Source: Oopsacas minuta (Eukaryota > Animalia > Porifera). From it: 64,000 nucleotides of DNA. The stretch lies in contig JAKMXF010000077.1 in assembly GCA_024704765.1 (NCBI GenBank), positions 511,220-575,219 on the forward strand. Direction: 5' to 3'. A program made the position numbers and the translations under genes. Shown here piece after piece: positions 54,118-64,000 of the stretch (the first letter of the stretch is position 1; each line of letters begins with the position of its first letter). The notes beneath the pieces were generated by a model. The model saw only the letters and a list, made by a program, of their open reading frames with translations, searched no databases and was not told the DNA's origin.

Positions 54118-55299
54118 TGTGTATTTCGAATTTCTTCAGCGTACTCTCTTACTAGATCAGCGATATTTCAGGAATATGACTTGTTAGTAAAAATCTTAAC
54201 TCTGCAGAGCACCCAATGTTGTATCCAATTATTGAGTCATGTACATCCAAATTATTTGTGGAGATAGGGTTTGCGTTAGCCAATAATTAACCTCAAAATT
54301 ATTCAGAGTATATTCCAAGCCAGAGTAAGTAGAGTTTCTGGGTGATGATTCCTTATAAATATCTCAACTATAGTATAGTACAGTTATTTGTAATACAAAA
54401 ACACCATACCTTCATTCCAAAAAGGTGACTTTCATTAGGCCTAACGAATGACCTTTCCACGAACATAGCAAAGCTAATACACAAAAACTGTACCATAGTA
54501 AATTTGAGCTATTAAGTTATTTGTTAGCGGTGGAGACAACAGCCCCCCTATTCGTCCCTCCCCCCACATATATCAGATATCAGTATTGACTATCTCTTAT
54601 AAAATAGAAAATGTATTACCAAGTTACACATGCTTGTGAAATGTATGTTAAAGAATATTTGGCAAGTCTAAAGACTAAGAAGTGAAAGAATTCATTGGTC
54701 TTTGCTCCGCATCACAAAAAATATAGTTCCAGAATATTATTAACCATGGAATACGGTTCCCCCGAACATGATTCTCTAGTGAATAAGGTTGCACCAAAAA
54801 TTATTAGCTAAGAATATGGTTCCCCACTAGTGAATAGTGTTCCTCCAAATTCACTTAGGGAATAGTGCTTGGAGGAACCTTTTCCACTTAGAATTTTGTC
54901 CACGAATATTATGCAGTAGGATATGTTAAACATTGTCCAGGACTTTCGTTTTGTATTAGGACAATTTTGATTATTGTTGAACAGTCATGATTACGTAATA
55001 ATCCCATGATAAGTTAGATTTTTGTCAAAGTTAGGGAGTCAGGACATTTGTCATATTGGGGGGACCAGTAATTCAATTTATAAACTTCTTTCATATATAT
55101 TGGATGATCAGTGATGAATAATGTGACTTTTAAAATTACTAAAAGGTGACAATGACGTGATAATTTCGTCATTGGTGTGAATTTTCATCAAGACTCGAAC
55201 TTGTCCGAGCCAGGTACAAAATATCCCTGTATGCCAAAATCACATCTGGGGTCGTCCAGTTTCTTCAATTTATTCTGAACATAAAAACATATAATTCAG

Positions 55300-56210
55300 A
55301 TTGATGCCATTTTTGCGTCATATATCGTTTACAGTTGGCGCTCAAGTGGATCCTAAATAAAATTGAAACGGTCCGGGCGACATAAAAAGATTTCATCAAG
55401 AGAACAGAGACATTTGAAACGGATAGTAAACTGAATCGAAGATCCTCTTTAAAGAACCTAACTGATGTGTACAAAGTTGGAATGCAGCGAAAAGTCTCTG
55501 CCAAAAGAGTTAGTCGAAACTTATACCTAATAGGATTATGGGCAAAATGAGCAAGCAAAAAAACACTTGTGGGCGAAAGCAAACAGGAACAAAAAGATTA
55601 TACTTTATCGTAGTCACAAAGATTGGGGTTTGCATGAATGGGGAAATGATGAATCGAAATTTAGCATCTATCAATGTGATAGTCGTGTAAGGGTGTGGAG
55701 GGAATCTCACAAACGTTGCCTCCAGAGTGGACTGGTAAAACATTTAGAGGAAGCGACGATTCGGTGATGTTGTGAGTATATTACGCAGAATTTAATTGGA
55801 CCCAAAATGAATTTCGGGAACAATTGATGCTTACAAATATATTTCAATGATTATAGAACCGTTCATCAACTTTTCGAAGAGATTTCGGCGCACGATAAAA
55901 ATTCACTGTTCACGTACGACAATGCTCCATGCCACAAATTTCAGGTTACAGCATGGCTGGACGCAAGAAGATCAATATATAGAAATGGCCTCCCCAATCC
56001 CCTCTACCTCAATTCCATAGAAAACGTGTGAGACAACATATGCAATTTGTAAAGTAAGAAATACCCTTCAAACAGCTATCGCTAAAGTGAAAACACTCTT
56101 CAAGAGGAATGAGGGAATTTACGTCTTGAATATATACACGGACTGTTCGCAAGCTTACCTGGATCTCTTAGTCGAGGTGGAAACGAAACAAAATATTAGT
56201 CCTACAACTA
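55300..56210 (+). mobile_element. Decayed Tc1-like transposase
   Basis: NDESKFSIYQCDSRVRVWR, YDNAPCHK, WPPQSPYLNSIENV, GGNETKY*. Confidence 0.8.
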
Positions 56211-56983
56211 ACAAAAATATTTTAGAATAATCAAATATAACTACATGCTATGAAGGAGTTAAATAATATGTAATAGCACTCATTCACGACAACAAAATTC
56301 AACACATTTAATTATCAAAAAGATTATCCACTGTGCAGTTACTTATGCTGCTTAGAGATCTACATATAGATGAATTGCGATTTAATAGTATAGATATTGA
56401 TTTAAATAATTGGGGAAAAAGGGTGTGTAAAACCCACCTACAAATATCAGAGCGGGTCGAAACCGCCCTCCAGCCATAAGTTTCGTGCCCTTGTGCTAGG
56501 CGAATAATATAGTACACAGGATCGTGTCCCGAATTTTGAAAATAACATCCAGGAAAGCAAAGAAATTTTTGTGTGGAAATGTTCCAATGTACAGAACTTA
56601 GACGGAAACATGCTGGTCACCAATACTCTATGAGCTATAAAAATGTAAAATTACAAGGGAAGCAAATAGATATTAAAAAGATGTATCTGCATACGGGACA
56701 ATGTGCATATCAAATTTTCAAACAACAAATTTTGTAATTAAAGATTCTTTTCATCTATCAAAAGGTTGTTACTTATCCCATAAATTGATCTTAAGTTATG
56801 ATAGCACAATTATGAATTGTTTGGGAACAATTATTCATCAAAGCGAAAATGGAGAAACATCATCCTAGGTAATTATTACGGTTTATGACAATCTGCGGTT
56901 TCATTTGGTTGGGCCGGGGGAGCCGAGCGAAGGATATGTAGTAATTTTCGGGGGTGTTGGTACCAAGGTCTCGCAAGAAAGCT

Positions 56984-59908
56984 CACAGTGTGGCAAAAAG
57001 GCGAAAATGAGGGATTAGCCAAATTGTAACTTCAAATCGATAATATTTGTATTATACTTATATATGAAATCGACCCCGTACATTTCACTGGACAAGTCAA
57101 ATTTTTAATTAACCCACTCAAAATATGTGAGGATGACGTCATCACTAAAATCACTAATTCATAATTTTAATAGATTATCAGGGATTCATAAAGGGTATCC
57201 TGTTCAGATGTTTCAAGCATGCTATCTTCGTTTGATTTAGCCTTTCTAATACTTTTGTGACGATTAAAAACCAATACAGGGTCACTGAAGCACAAAAGTC
57301 TGACTAAAATATCACGAAAGTTGTCAGAAAAGGATGTTTTTCTTGCTAAATTTTCTCTATACCTTCTGACATACTTATTGCAAGCCTCTAAACACTCTTC
57401 AGAAAGGTTTTGTAGTCCATAACCATGATTATAGCAATAAATTATTTGAAAACAATGAGCAAGCAGTTTATGAAGAGAGGGAGAGATGCTTACCCAAGGA
57501 AAGTGATTCAAAACAATTTCATACGTTTCCTTGCAAAGATTTTCAAGACCATGACAATTAATGTGGTCTTTGCTGTTAACTATCCTCAAAATCACCGAGA
57601 GGTTGTTTGAATCATTTTAAGGGTTGGTTTATCAACTGGGTTAATAGTGGAGGTAGCGCATCTGAAGAAATCTCTTTTATCTCGAAAACAGTTTCGTGCA
57701 ACATTGCCAGTTGTTGAAGTCCCCCCTTGACTAGAAGGAATATCGATTTTGATACTACATTTGGCTTCTATAATTGATCTTATCCGTTTCAAAGAATCCT
57801 GTACTTTTGTGCATGTAGGTGACCACTTTTTACAACCTGCGTCTAAGTGATATATGAGTAACATATACCACCTAAAGACACAGAGGTACGCATGCAATGG
57901 AGAAGCTGCTAAAATGTTTATTTCGGAAGTAGGGTGGTGGGTAATGCCACAGCGTTTTTTGGAAGGTAGGGCAAATATTTCGTCCTCATTAATATCGTCA
58001 AATAGTTGATTAGCATCAGTAATGTATCTATTAATTGGAAAACCTGATCTGGCCCACTCTAAACTATTGATTTCCTTTCCTGTGGCCGTGCAAAGATGAC
58101 ATGATGCACCACCCGCTCCATCTAATAGACCTGCCATTTTGGTATCAAATATAGATCGAATAATTTCTACTTTTATGTGACGATTTTCAATTGCAATTCC
58201 TTGTTCTACAATTAATTTAGTTGCGGGATTTACCAGTGTATCCATAATAAATTTAACGTTTTCGTGATTTTCCTTCAACGCAATTAAGCAGACTGCTCTG
58301 AATGAAAAAGGTGAATTGGGGGAAGTATTGACGTATAATGAGAAACCTGTGTTATCTGTTATACTGAGAACTTTAAATCCGAATAGAATAATACTGTGTG
58401 TACCTAAACCTGGATTTGAGTTCACTTGGTTGTAAGAATTGTGTGAGCCTGATCCAACTAGACCGTCTGCATTTCGAACTGACAAAGGATATTGTGAGTT
58501 GTTTACAATGGAATCGAAGCTTAAAAGATGTCGCTGAATTGTTAGTTCGAGTATTCCGAAATAAGGAACTGATACACCAATAGAGTTACCATCGGGGTTA
58601 GTGACAAACAAAACACTTCGTGAAAGAGAAATTTCTTGACGGTATTGCGATATTACTTTATAGGATGGAAATACGATATCTTGTTTCAGTAATTTCTTCA
58701 ACTGTGTGTATTTGAATGCTCCAATTTCGAGAAGATCTATTATATAACTTGACATAGGTATCGAAACTTTCTTTACATTTCCGTACGTGCCTGTTGCGAT
58801 TATTTCTTTGCATATACTGGAAGTTTCTCGATCATATTCCTGGTTAGAAATTAATTCCAGAGCTAAAGCAGCAACTTTCTTCTCGTCAACCTGCTCCCTT
58901 TGGGCAACGAACTGAATATGCTTTAGCAAAACGTTCAAACGGTTTCGAGCAGCTTTCATTGTGAGTTTGAATAATGGTTTTCTGATCTCTGTTAGATTCT
59001 CTTCAATAAATGAGTGCTGCTCAGGGATAGAATCGACTGTGTCAATCGACATTTGTGATCCAGAGTTACAAGTAGTGACTGAATAAATCTCCATACCCTC
59101 CCAACATTTAAGTTGTAAATCTTCTGGTAATGATCTCTGGATTATCGAAGATTTCTTAATTTCCAACGAATAGTTTCAAACAGATCATCTGACAAGGAAT
59201 GAACTTCAATTATCTGACGAGCTGCACCAGAACAATTCCAACCATGTGATTTATAAATATCGTATGCTTCTTTTTGTGTAATAAATGTTTTATCCATTGA
59301 ACTGGTGGAAGGAAGTAATGTCTAGTAAGTATCAATAATGGGATAAATAACACAAGTTTGAAATTGAGCCGATCCCAGGGAAATTTGGATTGAAATTCGA
59401 AATGGGTGGGGAATGGGGCGCTGAAAATTGTATTAAATTAAGGGTAGTACAGTACTTTAACATTGATAAAAATATAGAGGCCCCATATTGTACTCATTTA
59501 AAAATCTACCTCTGAGTATGTCGAAATACATCCCGAAATTTGGTAATTTTCGGGGTTTCGAAAAAGAGTTCTCTCAAAAATTTCTATTAAGTTTGGGAGA
59601 TATTAATGTTCAAAGTTATGATAGTGAATACTTATAAATGAATCACGAATTGAATTACTTGCAAGTAGGCATTTGATTGCATCTACTGCTAGAATTTATG
59701 ATAACGTAATTATAGTTCGGAAAATGTTTTGAAACCTTATAAAATTACGTCATTAGACAATGAGAATTTAAATTCACAAATAGAAGCTGAACCACAGTAA
59801 ACACAATATAGTTGTATTCTCGACAGACTATTGAACAATATTAGGACAATTATAGATAGTTATGAGACCACAAAAAATTTGGCTAATTCTAGATGATGCC
59901 ACACTGTG
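56984..59908 (-). mobile_element. RAG1-like/Transib transposon copy E, full length (2925 bp), both TIRs present
   Basis: CACAGTGTGGCA at 56984-56995 and TGCCACACTGTG at 59897-59908. Second block ATTAGCCAAATT at both ends. Flank GAAAG occurs at 59909-59913 and at 56977-56981 (offset by CT). Confidence 0.95.
57167..59297 (-). pseudogene. RAG1L: RAG1-like transposase of copy E (best preserved, ~710 codons)
   Basis: ATG at 59297 (MDKTFITQKEAY, homologous to B MASVVTNKEAY). ORFs 57592-59166 and 57167-57595. NBD-like RKPLFKLTMKAARNRLNVLLKHIQFVAQRE, ADGLVGSGSH, RSIFDTKM..GASCHLC, SLHKLLAH, LSEECLEACNK. One stop and about two frameshifts. Confidence 0.96.
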
Positions 59909-62900
59909 GAAAGGTTTCTTGATAGGGACGCGTACTTGTTCAATAGAACACTACTGTTGGGAATATTGATCCTAAAATGACAGCTACAAAACCTACATTA
60001 TTGGCAAGTATGCACTTCGCAAGAAATAATCATTCAAATCCGGACAAATTCGTCCAAGCCGGACTCGGGACAAGAGACTCCATACACCAATTGTCAGGGT
60101 CAAAACCTGACGCCTGGTAACCCTAGTAATAATGTTCAGGGTGATATTTCTCAAAGAAATCATGTTGGGACGAAAGGTAGTGGCCTGTTAACAAAAGTAC
60201 GTCTAGTTCCTTCATGAAATCATAAAATTGTGATGTAGTGAAGTCATAAAGGAACGATAAGCTAGTTTTTGGTATGAAAATTGGTTTAAACGAAGTGGTA
60301 ACATTTCAGTGTTCCTTTCAATTACCAAAGTAAATTTTCAGCCATGTTCGGTTATAGGTGAGCAATTTGGGATATTGAAGTGCCATGACGCAGCCATTTT
60401 GGGCATTCTTTAAATTTGTGGTAGTAACAATAGCAAGAGGGGCTCCAGCAATGCAGGATTCTTCACCAACCTTAGAAAGCTTTTCCCTAACTTTATGGAA
60501 CATTACTTCCCAAAGCAAAATATAGAAGTACCTGAAACTTAGAAGGTATCCGAAAGATGCTGGTTTACAAAAATTCAAATAGGTTTAGTTGTAACAAGGT
60601 GTTATCCAGGCGTATGCGGCGCGCATACAAGCTAATAAATTTGGGCAAATATATCTCTAGGGGAATGAAAATTAACCTCTAGGAGAAGAAACTCATATAT
60701 AATAATGCAAAATGTACAGTCTGGGCGTATGAAATGAATTAGAATCCATTTTTAGGCACATGGCCCCGAGAACTTTAATGAAACCCTGGTTGCAATTCAC
60801 CCATTTTGCAACTTAGAAACATGATTTTAGAGAAACTTGTGATTTTTGAAGAAATAATCATAGTTAGGTGCAGAAATTTGATGAATAAATTTTATTTTAT
60901 ATTAAATACAGACAATTCTAGTGTCAAAAATGAAAAGTTCCAGCGCGAAACGCAGCTTTTGAAAATTGAATTTCCGAGTTGTTTAAATTGCATCTATGAA
61001 TTTGCGAAGGTTCAGTGACAAATATCAATATTTTATTCTGATAAAATCCTAACATAATGAAAATACACCCTGAAGTAGTTACACTAGTCCACTGTGCACA
61101 TAGTCGTATCCAAAAATCTTCGGAAAATGAGCTAGCTAGGATATCTGAACCGCACTGTGGTAATATCAAACTATTCCGTTCGTATATTTAAGTAAGATTA
61201 ACAAATTATATGATCCATTATGTAATTAGGTGAATAAAGCTATGATTTAATGAAAGTGTGACGAACACAGGCCACGATTCACATCTGCAAGAGACTAAAC
61301 GCAAGTTTCCGAGAAATAGTGCATGAAATGGTCGTTGGTACTTTATCCATCTTTGTAGTTGATGGTGGCCATTAATGGTTGAACGCAGAAATGGAAATAG
61401 CACGAAAGGTTATTTGGAGCAAAGAAGAAGATTGCACACTGACAACTGAAATAGTGAATCCTGGTGATACATTAAGAGCGTCAGGGAATGTTGAAATTAA
61501 CACAAAAGAAAAGGAAAGAGCATTGGAAAACGATTACTTAGAAATGTTATTGAGTACATGAAAATAAAGGGCGATTGAACAAAGGTTAATGAGCCCTGCG
61601 GAGCACATAAAAGACTGAGAAGGTTACAACTCTGCTGCAATGTTTGGGGTTGAGAAGATGGTAATCTTCTCTACAGGTAAGGGCATGCCAAATTGCAACA
61701 TGGTGTGAGAACGTTTGAGAGTACACCGGCCATTAGTGGGACACCAGGAATAGTTGATTTCTTTCAAGCTCCATGTTCCAATAATCAGGAGCTCAGCATA
61801 GATTTGTTGTTTAGGGGACAAAGATAATACGCCAACTTCGAGGCTCTGTTCCAGCAGGATTCAACAGCAGCAGAGGGAGAGCAATCACTTCAGCTAATAC
61901 AGGAGGCTTTCGGAGAGGAACACGTACTGAGAGTGACTGTATATTTTCACTGTCCCGGAAAATGACAGCTGTGGAGGTACTCCCTCTTCATAAGAAGTGC
62001 TGAACAAACAAATGAAAGTCTTTTATGCACAACTTGAGGTAATAGAATAGCAGAATATTACAGAATACACCATCAGAGATCATTCGATAAACAAAGTAAT
62101 TGAATGTTGATTGTAATGAAAAGTAAAAATTAATAGATTGGATAATCTTTTCATTTCTACCGACTAAAATTTGAACTACTTACAATAATAGAGAAATATC
62201 TATGTTTGGATAATAAAGTACTTAGAAGTGAAACAGTTTACAATATAATTATCTTGAACTTCCTGAAGAAAAATATTTCTCCATAAAGTTTGAATAGTTG
62301 TAGTAATAAACAATAAATTGGGGGTAAATAAATCTAGAGTAGCATATAGTATGTAAATAAGGACAATATGGCCATATCACATGTAATACAGCAGTATTAA
62401 AATCATTAAGCCATCCTGAAAGGTTACTTAGAGTTCGTACCTAAGTTCGAACTTAGATAGTGAGTATCAAATTTGTTGAATACAAATTAAGGTCGAACTT
62501 AACTTCTTCGTAATTTCTGCATTTGAATCGCGACAGGTTGAGGCAACTCTATTAGTGAACCATTGATATACAACTAACTGTTGGGTATATAATTATATGC
62601 TACGCTTTGGGGAAAACCTTTTTGAAGTCCGTATTATGAATATTCTTAGATAGTACTACAGAAGGTGAAAATTGAAATAACTTCTATGATATATTTCCAT
62701 TCACATAATTATACTTATCTTCGTATTAGCTTGAGATTCCCCGTCGTTTAAGTCGTCACGTGGGCATATTTTGCAAATTTTTCCCATAGCAAGACAAGAA
62801 GGTCGCAAGAATATGTCAAAATTCCATTCTCAAAACATATTCAAATTCTATCGAGTTACCCCCGAATGAAAATGTGTCATTACCACATATTGAGAAATAT

Positions 62901-64000
62901 GCACGATAGAGTTTAAGAAAATACAAGCAAATATTGGAATATGGTATCAAAGTATGTATATCAATTGCTTAAATATGATATCTCAACATGCGGTCTCGCA
63001 AAACGATTTTTAGAGTGTAAAATTCTGCAATTGAAGCTTTGTATAAACCATGTTTTCAGTGTGTATAATTCTTGGCAGTTGCATATAAAGGCAGAAGCGA
63101 ATATAGCCAATTTCAAAAGATGGTAGTTTAAATGGAATGTGAATACACTAACTGAAGAAGTATCATACGATTATATTGGCATCTCGTTCTGCTTCCATTA
63201 CGCCATAATAACAGCTTTGCATATAGGAGGCTTCTAAACAAGAATAGTACTGGCCTATTGGGGCATTCCCACAGGGTAACTTAATATCTAAAGTCCATTG
63301 TAGCAAACCCTAAATCTTATTCAATTGATTCTAGCAAAAGAATATAATTCATAGTTATTAATGCACGTCGCTAGTTTCTAATACTCAGGCAAGATATGGG
63401 AACTATAGAAGTGTTTCTTCAAGCCAGTACGGGAGTAAATTGATTTTTCTGAAAAAATGAAATTTGATTCTCTTAGAGCTTCATATCACGTCTAACTCCC
63501 ATTAAGAACACTATAGCCCCCAAACATGGAGTTGATGATAATCTTGATAGGAAATATGGCCACTTCGGGGTTTGTACTATAGGAGTATAAGAAAATCAAA
63601 GATATGGGTTGAACTACCCTGGGAACTTGACCAATCATACTCAAACTGATTGGCTAAATGGGTCCAAATACATCTTGTAACAGGGTGCGAAAGATATAAA
63701 TCAATTTGCCAAATTTGGAACCCTATTATAGAAGTGTCTCATTTCAATTTATCCTCAGACTATTTCATTCTACAAATATTATGGATTGTGCAACTATAGG
63801 CGTATTGAATTGAACTAGGTAGAAGTGAATACTTAATATTATTTATTAGTTAAGTTCAAAACTATCGGGAAAATCAATCAAAGGAAAGCGGAATATCAGA
63901 AGGTTCCTTTGGATGCAGTGGAAGTTTGGAGATGAGATTCTTCGAAGTAAGGCGAGGATTTTATGGTTGCATTGCCAAATCCACTGTATACTTTTAGATT

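Noticed and set aside
54113-54119. CACTGTG as an orphan RSS heptamer
   Set aside because: Explained by a hAT terminus (..CCACTG) plus the first bases of its perfect 8-bp TSD, TGTGTATT.
60020-60220. ~64-codon open stretch on the plus strand
   Set aside because: No start codon, acceptor or recognisable domain.
1-64000. CRISPR arrays, rRNA/tRNA genes, prokaryotic operons, or a V(D)J-like segment array
   Set aside because: None seen. The window is eukaryotic, and all convincing heptamers mark transposon ends rather than Ig gene segments.

Overview
AT-rich eukaryotic (metazoan-type) genomic DNA. Most of it is intronic sequence packed with decayed transposons. Three minus-strand exons are recognisable, consistent with a receptor-type protein tyrosine phosphatase: an Ig domain (49455-49748), the juxtamembrane/wedge segment (37190-37338) and the start of the PTP domain, KNRY (10087-10177). 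The dominant feature is five decayed RAG1-like/Transib transposase genes, all on the minus strand (A ~1390-3390, B 6054-9271, C 22910-~25830, D 33209-~36280, E 56984-59908). B and E are bounded by perfect RSS heptamers (CACAGTG) and a second conserved block placed asymmetrically (14 nt spacer at the 5' end, 23-24 nt at the 3' end). They encode a nonamer-binding-domain-like region but no C-terminal Zn tail. C and D instead carry a CX2CX3GHX6C tail. None has room for a RAG2-like gene. Also present: a complete Ginger-type element with a USP-like protease cargo and a nested Mutator MITE, three hAT elements with 8-bp TSDs, a P-element/THAP remnant, several Tc1/mariner remnants, LINE/Penelope fragments and MITEs. 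All alignments were done by eye and no database search was run. The organism cannot be identified from this window.
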